Assembly (NCBI RefSeq): GCF_006345805.1
Contig: NW_021826106.1
Coordinates: 1-13,604, forward strand
Direction of reading: 5' to 3'
From: Octopus sinensis
Taxonomy: Eukaryota
Length of the DNA: 13,604 nucleotides
This document shows positions 1 through 9,462 of this stretch, piece by piece. Position 1 is the stretch's first letter; every line of letters starts with the position of its first letter. Position numbers and translations under genes: made by a program. The notes beneath the pieces were generated by a model. The model saw only the letters and a list, made by a program, of their open reading frames with translations. It had not been told where the DNA came from and did not search any database.

Positions 1-130
1 GAATAATTATTGTTGTTGAGTTGAATAAAATTCAAAAATTATAACTAAAAAATATATATAATATTAAATGTTCCATAAGGGGTTTATCTTAAAAGAATAA
101 ATAGAAAAACTCCTAATAGAAATTCAAATT

Positions 131-186
131 GCCCCAAAACCCGAGGGGCCCCATGTCCAGGGTCGCCGCAATAAGGGGTTGCACTG
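131..186. mobile_element. Orphan terminus of a pogo/Tc1-mariner-type DNA transposon (rest lies upstream of the window or is lost)
   Basis: Reverse complement reads TA|CAGTGCAACCCCTTATTGCGGCG (TA at 187-188), the same TA|CAGT..ACC pattern as the other pogo ends here; GC-rich relative to flanks. Confidence 0.5.
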
Positions 187-1242
187 TATGTATAACTATG
201 GATTATTGAATTTATTCCCTTTATTCCTCGATATCTTTCGAAAGGACTTTCGTTAGAAAATGAATGGAAAAATATGTTATAACTGTACACAGCATTTTCT
301 CTCACAGTCGGATAAATGAACACGCGAATAAATGGACACTTTCAAAATTTTCATTTTTGAGCAAATTACCATACAAAATACATGTTAATTTTTCTAAGTC
401 TCACTTTAAACACATTTTTAATAATTTTGGTACCTGTTGAAAAAGCAGGATCTCGAAAAAAAAAACATCCCACTGACATCAACAATTTTTATTGATATCG
501 AGAAGTCTATTGATTTTTGGTTAACCATTAAAAAATAATGATTTAAAATTGTAAATAAATCGGTTAAAATTGAGATAATAATTAAAATTAACATTAGAAA
601 ATAGAAAAAAATTCTAGATTCCAAATAAAAGCTTCGTCTGCTCCTAACCCTAACTCAAATCTTAAACAACTAACCCTATGCGGGCTTCCAATTCTTAAAA
701 AAATTTAGATGAAAAATTTTAAACAAAATCGTTAGTCAATTTTTGTAATTCTTGATATATGTACGTTAGTTTTTTCACCATTCTCATCTTCGATCAAGTA
801 CATGTCATTTTGTTGATCTACCACAACATATTTGTTGTTTGATAATCCATCGTATAATGGGAACCTTCGAATATTGGCATCATTGTCTTGTCTTGGAAAT
901 GTATTAAAAAATTAATACTACTGTAGCTCCTATACTTTATGGATCCATCTTCTCCTGTCTATCATTTTATCTCCAGCGATAAGAAGTTTTGAATACGCTT
1001 CTTCACGTGCATCTACGATTGCACTGTCGACATCTTCCGATAATAATTGTTCAATTTCCGACTCCGTTATTGGATTCGGATTTTGAGCACCCATAAACAA
1101 GTAGAACGGGACTTTTCCGGTTGTGGAATGTATTGTGTTATTGTAACCATAAACAATGTCTTTGATTATGGTACAATATCGCCCAAAATATCTACGAGAG
1201 GCACTTGCTGATGATATCCAACGTTTTATGCTTTGGTTGAAC

Positions 1243-1269
1243 CTTAAAAAATTAAAACCATCAGGCAAC
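1243..1269 (-). other. 27-nt GT-AG mini-intron (phase 2) in integrase copy 1
   Basis: gtagagag|GTTGCCTGATGGTTTTAATTTTTTAAG|gttcaac; removal turns VERLPDGFNFLRFNQ into the canonical VERFNQ; same position as the intron at 9437-9462. Confidence 0.85.
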
Positions 1270-1506
1270 CTCTCTACTTTCCCTTGTATCCTGGGCGCTC
1301 GTGCTTTACCACGCACATGCTTGATCGAATATTTTTCACAGACTTCGTCAATTAACGAATTACAGAATTCTTTCCCATTGTCTGTTTGGAGGATGATTGG
1401 TGGTCCGATGTAATAAAAATATTTTGGAATAGGTTAGCTATTTCTACCGCAGATTTGATAATTCGACAACTACATATTTCGAGAAGGAATCAACGATTAC
1501 AAGAAT

Positions 1507-1535
1507 CTTTATATTAAATATCTCATCTAAAATAC
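1507..1535 (-). other. 29-nt GT-AG mini-intron in integrase copy 1
   Basis: tcttgg|GTATTTTAGATGAGATATTTAATATAAAG|attctt; removal restores FSW-ILVIVDSF and removes an in-frame stop. Confidence 0.8.
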
Positions 1536-1643
1536 CCAAGAGAATTTATCGTTAATTTCAGAATATCTGCGAAGATCAATGAGATCTGCTATATATCTAT
1601 CTCTAGCCCTACGACTACCAAAATGATTATAATTATGTTCCGC

Positions 1644-1669
1644 CTAAGTAATGTTAATTAATCCAATAC
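1644..1669 (-). other. 26-nt GT-AG mini-intron in integrase copy 1
   Basis: attgag|GTATTGGATTAATTAACATTACTTAG|gcggaa; removal joins a ~55-codon open exon in frame to AEHNYNHFG (His pair of the Zn-binding domain) and removes an in-frame TAA. Confidence 0.8.
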
Positions 1670-2000
1670 CTCAATGCATTTAAGCTTCAACTCAATGTCA
1701 TCCTCTGCGAAAAATCCCAATTTGGTTGAATTCTTAATAAAGAATACATTTCCATTTTCAAAGCATATGTTTTTCGCAAGCTGCTTTAGCCTAAATCGTT
1801 GTTTTCTGTTGGGACTGTCGTCTAATGTGTTTCTTCTTGGTTTTCTCTGATTTTTTTGATTTTGTCAAGAATTTCTTTGCTGAGCTTTATAAATTAAAAA
1901 GTAGAATATTTCTCTAAAATATTTAACTAATTGTTAATATTGATGTATAGACACGATTGAAACAAAACAAATGTTAACAAATAATTACTTAAAAGACCCT

Positions 2001-2930
2001 TCAGCCTTCGGAGTCCACTTTACGAGGTCCACTATCTTCCCGATCTATCATCCCAGGGCCCACACTTCCGTCAATTTTAACTCGTTTCGAACCATTCAGA
2101 AAAGGAACATGGTAGGCATCCTCGACGAGTCGACGCACCGCGATCTCTCGGTCACCGATCCCGTTAGCTTCCTCGTATTTTTAGAGTACCTCCTCAACCC
2201 GGGGTTCATAATCCATTTGCGAAAGACCTCTCCGAAAGTCCAGCACAGTGCTCTCCATCGTACGCTTAAGCACAATTGATTGCATATAAGCAATCAGATG
2301 TTCCCTCACTCTGATCGACTCCAAATATTTTTTAAAATATTTAGACACAATGCCATCCCATGTAAGGACAACAGGAATTAAATTCACTTTGGCCTTGTGG
2401 ATCAGGGATAATTCATTAGCGAGCAATTCATATTTTCTTAACTTTTCAAGTATTACTCGCTGTAAATTATCTTGAGAAGTAACTCCCACATCCACAATCC
2501 AAATTACGTTCTCTTTTTTATCATATACCAATAAATCAGGTTTGTTATAACGAACGGTAGAATCAGTCTCGATTCGAGTGTCCACCCGTACCTCAACTCT
2601 TTCATTCGATATAACCTCCTGCACCGAATGTGTCTTCAACCTTTTCTGATTCTTCAATCCATAAAGACGACAAAAATGGAGATGCAAACAGCGTACAACT
2701 TCATTATGACGTCTCGTGTAGTCAAGATACAGCATACGTTCACATCTAGTGGCCAGATGATCCACTGTTTTCTTCGCCGCTTTACAATGAGGGCACCTTG
2801 AGACCAGTTCTTCGCTGAAAAAGAACATATTCCGATCTTGAAGAAAACATGCCAATCCTTCATTGCGCGGTGAGTTATTTCCATTTCCAAGTCATATAGA
2901 TGAGGACTTGTATGTAGCCATATAGAACAA
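2001..2930 (-). mobile_element. 3' part of a non-LTR retrotransposon with restriction-like endonuclease (R4/Dong-like), 5'-truncated
   Basis: ORF 2181-2855: LQDRNMF, CCHC knuckle CPHC-x8-H-x4-C, RHN, KPDLLVYD...IVDVGV (PD-D core), EKLRKYELLA. The same frame extends upstream through one TGA (2892-2894, SSI*LGNGN) and downstream past TAA 2181-2183 for 59 more codons to TGA 2001-2003. Confidence 0.88.
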
Positions 2931-2938
2931 TTCCCGTA

Positions 2939-3216
2939 GGATCTTTTTCGTCGGAATCCCCACTGCTCCGCTGCAAGTGTACCTGATTCCACTACGAAGT
3001 TCGAAAGCCTTGTGAAGACAATCCGTTCCATAATTTTAGAGACGGAGCATATTAGGCTTATTGACCGATAGTTCTCTGCATGGTCCTTCATTTTTCCAGG
3101 CTTTGGAATCATACGTCATACTATTTCCAAGAGTCCGGTACGTACCCAAGTCTCCAGTTTGCATTGTATAGTGCGGTCAAATATCGTATGAGAATAATTG
3201 AAGCATGTTTGATAAC
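2939..3216 (-). mobile_element. Internal RT fragment of an APE-type LINE (Jockey/I-like)
   Basis: IRYLTALYNA.WRLGYVPDSWK*...MIPKPGK...NYRSISLICSVSKIMERIVFTRL...EQWGFRRKRS matches the N-terminal RT blocks of Jockey/I-type LINEs; one stop and one frameshift. Confidence 0.8.
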
Positions 3217-3351
3217 TCAAGTTAGCTCGCAGACTTTTCTGTACCTCACATATAAATTCTGGATTAGAGATAAACTTCATAAAGTCTGGGATCAATGTTG
3301 ATTCTTTATACACAAAAATCGATTTTTTGATAGGGATGAAAAATATCGATA

Positions 3352-3410
3352 CAGTGAACCCTTGCAAATTGGCCATTTTTGGTAAATAAAAATTTTAGAG
3401 CCAATTCGAA
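3352..3410. mobile_element. Orphan pogo-type terminus
   Basis: TA(3350-3351)|CAGTGAACCCTTGCAAATTGGCC with an internal inverted pair AATTGGC...GCCAATT, the same architecture as the terminus at 5050; no partner TIR found. Confidence 0.5.
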
Positions 3411-3743
3411 AAAAAATCAATAATCAAAAAATAAAATAAACACGTTTAATTTAAATAGCTTATCTGGCAACATTGTCCTCGTACAACTGCTAAAAGATAA
3501 TCAAGTAACCTCGTGAATCAGAATGAGAATTGATGTTTTTAGTATAGAAGCACACTATCTATCTGATTTTTTTTCAAAGTTTATTATAATGAGGAGACAA
3601 TGACAATAATTTGAAACAGTGTAATTTGAATGCAAATAACTAAAATTATAATTTTATTTTTTTTAAAATTTCAAGATTTTATTTAATTCCTAAAATACGT
3701 ATTATATGACGTTGTAGTTTGTCATTACTTTTTGTGGTTGATG

Positions 3744-4400
3744 TATTTTATATTTTTCTGTGATGAATTGTTTTACTTGTTATTTATGGTTTTTTTTCAT
3801 TATTTCTATGTTTATTGGTTCCTTGATCCTTTAATTTTATAATTAATTATTGGTTTGAAGAATCATGTATTTTAATCATTCTATAAACTATTAATAATGA
3901 CTGAAACATTTTATTGGTTTCTCCCATTTTTATATTTTCTATATCTAAAAAATATTTATTTTATATTTTTCTGTGATGAATAGTTTTTACTTGTTATTTA
4001 TGGTTTTTTTCATTATTTCTATGTTTATTGGTTCCTTGATCCTTTAATTTTATATTAATTATGGTTTGAAGAATCATGTATTTTAATCATTCTATAAACA
4101 TTATTAATAATGACTGAAGCATTTTAATGATTTCTCACATTTTTATACATTTTCTATATCTAAAAAATATTTATTTTATATTTTTCTGCGATGAATAGTT
4201 TTTACTTGTTATTTATGGTTTTTTTCATTATTTCTATGTTTATTGGTTCCTTGATCCTTTAATTTCTATAATTAATTATTGGTTTGAAGAATCATGTATT
4301 TTTAATCATTCTATAAACATTATTAATAATGACTGAAGCATTTTAATTGATTTCTCCCATTTTTATACATTTTCTATATCTAAAAAATATTTATTTTATA
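3744..4400. repeat. Tandem repeat, 3 units of ~213-220 bp, very AT-rich
   Basis: Anchor TATTTTTCTG recurs at 3751, 3964 and 4179; units share GGTTCCTTGATCC, GGTTTGAAGAATCATG and CTATATCTAAAAAATATTT. Confidence 0.95.
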
Positions 4401-4436
4401 AAATATTCTCATATAATTGCTTTTTTAAGCATATTA

Positions 4437-5047
4437 CAGTACGACCCCGCCCCAATAGAAAAGTGCCCCAAATATAGAGGGTGCCCCTAGGATAGAGGTA
4501 TATATAATTTTTACATTTTAAAAGCAAATATCTGTATTTTTTAATAATAAAATATGTTTTTTCGTATTAAAAAAGAGGAATTAATTTATTCTGTGAAAAA
4601 TAATCAGTTATTTTGAATTCAGTATTATATTTATTTCTTAGAATCTTCGACATTTTATCTTGAATTCATAGTATTCTTTGAGTCCTTCAGGGCAAGTGTT
4701 GAATAAGGAAGTTTCAAGATCATTGATTATTCTCATTGAATCTTTTAAGTCGGACCCTTCAATTTCATCATTTCCATTATTACAAATATCATTATCCTCA
4801 ATTCCGTTTATTTCAGATCCATTAAAGCTAAAACATGCTTATCAATTAATTCAGATTCTTTTTTTGAATTAGTTTCAGGAAACATGTTCTCTGTTCGTTT
4901 ATTTTCATCCAACAATTGACAATTGTTGTTGTTGTTACTCGACTTCATGCTTCTCCCACATATGCGATTATTTTGTCACATGGGCCACGCGATACCTATG
5001 GGCAGTTAATTTCTTTTATTAATGAAACCACAAGAGTAAAATTTTGG
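4437..5047 (-). mobile_element. 3' portion of a Tigger/pogo element (Tigger C), cut off by the element at 5050
   Basis: Terminus TA|CAGTACGACCCC at 4437; minus strand gives IAYVGEA*SRVTTTTIVNCW, an acidic tract, LKEYYEF and KITDYF (4597-4614), stop at 4567-4569; parallels the C-terminus of the 11536-12980 transposase. Confidence 0.7.
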
Positions 5048-5162
5048 TACAGTAAAACCTCTCGAATCCGCCAAATTTGGGACTGGGAAATTACGGCGGA
5101 TTCGAGAGACAAATTTGAATATTTTTATAGACTAATTAAAAAATGAAGACATTATTTCTGTA

Positions 5163-6930
5163 AATATAGTCAGTTATTTTATTTTAAAATATTTATTGGA
5201 TGTTCTCTACTAACATCATCAAGGTGATTGAAGACATTTAAATTAGTTTCATCCTTTTGTTTGAAGTACTTACTTCTCAATGTATGGAGAGCATTCAAAG
5301 CATCGTGGTCTAAACGACTTATTCATTCTTTTTTTCTCCACAATCAATGTCCTCATCATCATTTTCAGCCAAATTGTCCAGGATCTCTTCATTCTCTGTA
5401 TACTCGTATAGCGTCTTGAATGTCTTAATGACTCCTTGGTCCATCGGCTGTAATAAACACGTAGCATTTGCCGGCAGAAAACATTATTTCAATTTGCTGT
5501 AAATTTGTAAAATCTTGTGAGATGGACATGGTCAATTACGAGTATGATTGCGTTTTTCTTCAGCCAACCTGATATCCCATTCGAACAAAAATGTATTGAA
5601 TAACTTAGAATTTTTGTAAATAGTCCATGTTACCAATGTTCCTCCCTGGTATTTGAATGTACGTACAAGACGGGAATTTTTATGGCCAAATTCGTCACCG
5701 ACTGTCGACTAATGGGAGGACTATACATGTCCGTTGATAAGGGGCAGTACTCGAGGGAATACTCGTTATCAAAAAACTTTTTTCGCATTTGAGGGCAAAA
5801 CTTTCTTGGCTATTAAGTGGCCATTCAAGCCTATTCATGCACCACTAAAACCCAAAAAAATTGTTTTTTGAAGAAATTAATATATTATTAATATCTTTTT
5901 GCTTTTCAATTTGATAAATCGTCGTAAAAAAAATCTGTCTTTCCCACAGATTGGCATCTTAAAAGAAATTTATAATTTTCTATTAAAATTTTTTTTTAAC
6001 ATATTTTTTTTAAAAACAACATTATCATATTTGAATCTGTTATTTAGTATTTAATTAGCAGCAGAGGATAAGATGGAATGGCAATTCCCACGCAAGATGG
6101 CTATTGATATGCGTTGGAAAAGCCATGTCCGTTCCCATGATCATCTTCTTCTGCTTGCAAAATCCCCAGTTTAATAAGGAAAACCTTAGAATCCATCCAT
6201 GCGTTTTTGTGAATTATGATAGGTCACAAAACTTCGATAGCTAAAATTTTAAAGCATCTAGGATTTTTGAATTTTCCAATTATGAATGGTGTTAGTTTAT
6301 CGGTACCAGTCATATTTGAACAGAACATTATCGATATTCGATCCTTCGATAATTTATGCCCATATCTCTTGATCTTGCAAATGATTTACATGGAAGAGCT
6401 TTATAAAATAATCCTGTCTCATCTGCATATAGATATTTTCTCGACCATATAATTTATTTTTGCTCTTATCTTAATAGAGAAAATCATTAACTTCAGAATT
6501 TGAGAAATTCTCTGTAGAGATTCTCCATAAAGTTTCTTCAATTTAACCCATGTCTTCTTTAAATTTTTTAAGCCATCCACGACTGGCTTTAAACTCATTT
6601 ATTAGACGTTTCTTCTTCGCAAAGTCTTCAGCCTTTGTAAGAATAATCGAATCATTAAGAATTGCTCCTCTGGTTCCATCATTTGAATCCAGACATATTA
6701 CTCATCAATTTAATGAACTTTAAATATGGATTCCGAGATAATTCTGAAAAAAGCAAGGCAGATACATTCTTCTGCTCCTAAGGTCGTTTAAGGGATCGTC
6801 TTGGAATAACGCGTCTGAATCTTTCGGAAAATAGCGGACACTCTTGTAAGCGAATCCCTGGATTTTGATCGATAAATTTAATAATTTGTTCATCTTCGGA
6901 ATTTTTCAATCTGGTACAATTACGTTTCAT
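5163..6930 (-). pseudogene. Tigger transposase (CENP-B-type HTH + DDE_1), frameshifted and interrupted at 5604-6184
   Basis: MKRNCTRLK start at 6930; FKASRGWLKKFK; ADETGLFYKALP; IIGKFKNPRCFK; AWMDSK|LFNTFLFEWD; ID(H)CPSH; LPANATCLLQPMDQGVIKTFK; NKITDY at 5166-5183. Confidence 0.88.
5604..6184 (-). other. 581-nt insertion with 8-bp direct repeat and GT-AG boundaries inside the Tigger A transposase
   Basis: CTTAGAAT at 5604-5611 and 6185-6192; on the minus strand gattctaag|GTTTTCC...AAAAATTCTAAG|ttattc; removal gives W-M-D-S-K-L-F in frame. Confidence 0.75.
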
Positions 6931-7873
6931 TACAATTAAACATGACCAAACCACACAATAAGATGCTAATGTCTCGTGTAAAAGTGTTTTTGAATTTAAA
7001 AAATAATAATTAAGAAAATAACAAATATATATTTCTAAAATGCGGCGGATTCGAGAAATTGGCGGATTCGGGAATTTCTCATAGGAAATTTCGTATTCTT
7101 TAAAAAAATTCGGCGGATTCGAGAGGTGGGCGGATTCGAGAAATTTTACACGACAAAATCAATTTTGTATCTAAGGATGTGGAAATTCCGGCATTTTTCC
7201 TATGGCTCAACGAACTTGTTTTTTGAAGACAAAATCGTCTTTTAGTGGCAGGTTTACAGAAAAGGATCCTTGTAGACAATTTCTTTGCCCTTCCTTACAA
7301 TTGACGAGGTGAAATAATACAGATTGATTACATTAAATGTTATTTATTTTATTTTTTAAATGTTTTTATTTATCGAATTAACTACAATAAATTATTACGC
7401 ACGTTATATTATTTTCTTTGTTGTGCATGTATGCAGTTAATTCTTATTTTATTTTTCGTGCTTTTATGTTTTAATTTTATAATTTTTTTTTTTTTTATTT
7501 GTTTGACTATTAATTAAATTGATTATGGTAAATATCTGCATAAAGTATATTTTGCAAGTGAATGTGTATTCATTTTATCAATTAATTAATATGCAATTCG
7601 ATACTATTGGTTTAAAAAAAAATTAATATGCATTCATACAGACTTGTTTAAATTTATTTCTTCTAGTATTTTATGTCACCGGCTCATTAATGGACCCGGC
7701 ATATTAATGGACCGCATAAATGTCATTAATATCAATTACGTCCATATGAAAAGTATCTTACTTTTTTCTAAGTCCAATTTTAAACCTATTTTTGATGGTT
7801 TAATGACTTCTGGAAAACTAAGATCGACACATAACAACCAAACCTAACCTCATTTTGAAAATTATTGATTAAT

Positions 7874-8536
7874 GAAGAAGAAGGATGTCATTTATTAGAG
7901 AGGCCAAAGATTCGGATGCCAGCGGCCGGGCAACCTTAGGGATTTTTTCCGAGCAACAAAGCGGCTGCGGCGGGAGCGAGGAAATTGCGAGGAGAGGACA
8001 TCTTCTGCGGAAAATTCGTCCGGCAAATAGCGTTCCGCGGGGGTTTCCGAGAGGGGATTTTTGGATTTCTGCGAGGCTGAGGTAGGCAAGAGGGACATAG
8101 CCAGCATTTTAGTGCCATAGCCTCGCGTTTTACGGATATTTAGGCAATACAGGTGGAAATACTCATCGCAAGAGGAGCAGCGAAGGCGTTCTTTCTGGGG
8201 GCTGAAGACAGGCATGCCTGCAAGTGTAGGTTCACGAAGGAAACAACTGGGTGGTTGTGAAGCTTTGGGTGTCATGGATATAAGAAAAAAAACAGAATGA
8301 GTGAAATGAAATGAAAAAAGAGTAAGAGAGGATAGGAAAGATAGAAATGGGGCTAAGAGTGAAAGTAAGAGGTAATAAAGAGATGGAAAGATGAGAAAAG
8401 TGAACAAAGATACAAAAGGATGTAACATAGAAAAAAAGGACTACAGAATTACAATGAAAAAGACACCACCACAACGATGAGTATGAGTACAAAATTCCCC
8501 ACTGTTTATATCCACTGTTTAATATCCTCAGAAGGC
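7874..8536 (-). mobile_element. 5' fragment of a PHD-finger-bearing non-LTR retrotransposon (CRE-like, tentative)
   Basis: GC-rich; pyrimidine-rich leader then ATG at 8275; across frameshifts it reads LRCSSCDEYFHLYCLNIRKTR...KCWLCPSCL (PHD Cys4-His-Cys3 pattern) and KIPKVARPLASESLASLINDIL; flanked by ATTGATTAAT at 7864-7873 and 8537-8546. Confidence 0.5.
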
Positions 8537-9436
8537 ATTGATTAATTATTATATTGTTTATTATATTAGAGGGTCTCCATTTTAAAATAATCAATTTTTC
8601 ATTTAAAATAGTAATAGTACACTTTTAAAATTTGAGATATGAATATTCTAACGTAAAAAGTCAATTTCGAAAGACAATCTTACTCAAACCCTAATTGTTG
8701 CAAGTCATTTGATACTGTTCCCTATGCGGCCTGCGGCCGCAGTGTATTTGACTCGGATTTTATGATTAATACGATCTTTATACTTTCTGATTACACTTTC
8801 TAGTGTTACGCGAACTCTAAATAACAGTTTTATTAAAACTTAATTAAAAACCCCGTATACGACACAATGCAAAACATTAAAAGTTTCAACTATTATTTTA
8901 AAATTTTAGAAAGTCTCGAGATATTAACATTTTTGATTACATTTTTTCCATATCTTCTAGATCATAATTATGAAATTCTGATTAATCACTGTATACATAT
9001 TTGTTTGTAGTTCATCATACAAAGGATACTTCTGTTTGAAACATTTCATCATAATCATGTCTAATAATCACTTTATCTCCCACGTTTATATTTTCCTCAT
9101 CATATCGCCATTTCTTTTTTTCTTCATTTTCTCGCCTGCTTTTTGAAGATTTTCCAGAATCTTCATATTCTGCTGGTCATCTTCCGAGCATTCATTTTTT
9201 TCGTAATTTATTTCTTCTTCTGGATCAGTTCCATCGAATGCCATTAATGCATTTATTTCATTTTCGTCTGGTCTTTTTTTAATTCCCATAAAACTTCGAA
9301 AAGGAATATTCTTGGTCGTGTCATGTTTTGTTCGATTGTAATCATATACGATCCTCTTTATAATGTTGAAGTAAACTCCAAACTTCCAGCTGAAGCACTT
9401 GTTGAGGATATCCACCGTTTAATTGATTGGTTGAAC

Positions 9437-9462
9437 CTTTTTATTATAGCTTTAAAATAAAC
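9437..9462 (-). other. 26-nt GT-AG mini-intron (phase 2) in integrase copy 2
   Basis: gttgaaag|GTTTATTTTAAAGCTATAATAAAAAG|gttcaac; restores VERFNQ; position identical to 1243-1269. Confidence 0.88.

Larger units (their letters stand above)
300..1884 (-). mobile_element. Ginger-like (Gypsy-integrase-type) DNA transposon, copy 1; 5' end missing
   Basis: Intron-split integrase on the minus strand (732-1884) with no RT/RNase H seen upstream; candidate 3' terminus at 300 (TCTCACAGTCGGATAAATGAACAC) matches the TGTCAC terminus at 7674 at 15/23 ungapped positions; subterminal motifs AACCCTAA (646) and CCCTATGCGG (674) are shared with copy 2. Confidence 0.65.
732..1884 (-). pseudogene. Retroviral-type integrase/transposase (rve, DD35E; KRBA2/SCAND3/Ginger2-like), intron-containing and frameshifted
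   Basis: Spliced translation gives EHNYNHFG, RDRYIADLIDLRRY, SW|ILVIVDSFSKY, ILQTDNGKEF-(35 aa D to E)-QGKVER|FNQSIK, YNNTIHSTTGKVPF, ending VHISRITKID-stop at 732-734; several small indels. Confidence 0.85.
5050..7151 (-). mobile_element. Full-length but decayed Tigger/pogo DNA transposon (Tigger A)
   Basis: TA|CAGTAAAACCTCTCGAATCCGCC at 5050; partner GGCGGATTCGAGAAATTTTACAC at 7129-7151 (19/23 match); GGCGGATTCG subterminal repeats at 5095, 7044, 7061, 7112 and 7129. Confidence 0.85.

Noticed and set aside
418-624. Hydrophobic 68-aa minus-strand ORF
   Set aside because: F/I/L richness is expected from AT-rich non-coding DNA; no motif; lies in the integrase element's subterminal region.
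643-654. Telomeric repeat (CCTAACCCTAAC; also AACCTAACCT at 7841)
   Set aside because: Only about two units and internal; better explained as a TE subterminal motif.
900-918. Possible further mini-intron in integrase copy 1
   Set aside because: 19 extra nt starting with GT relative to copy 2, but no AG acceptor in the needed frame and copy 2 has no intron here.
2654-3112. Single 152-aa RT gene
   Set aside because: Chimeric read-through of two different elements; the second half is out of frame.
3744-4400. CRISPR array
   Set aside because: Whole units repeat with no unique spacers; eukaryotic context; no cas genes.
2892-4947. TGA=Trp genetic code (TGA at expected Trp positions 2892-2894 and 4945-4947)
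   Set aside because: Most conserved Trp codons in the window are TGG; single G-to-A changes in dead copies are sufficient.
7160-7300. Plus-strand DDE_1 remnant (FLWLNEL...ILVDNF)
   Set aside because: Needs several frameshifts and has too few residues to support; it is also not the continuation of Tigger C.
8232-8594. 120-aa minus-strand membrane-like ORF (and the N-terminal third of ORF 7895-8428)
   Set aside because: Translation of a pyrimidine-rich leader; low complexity, no motif.
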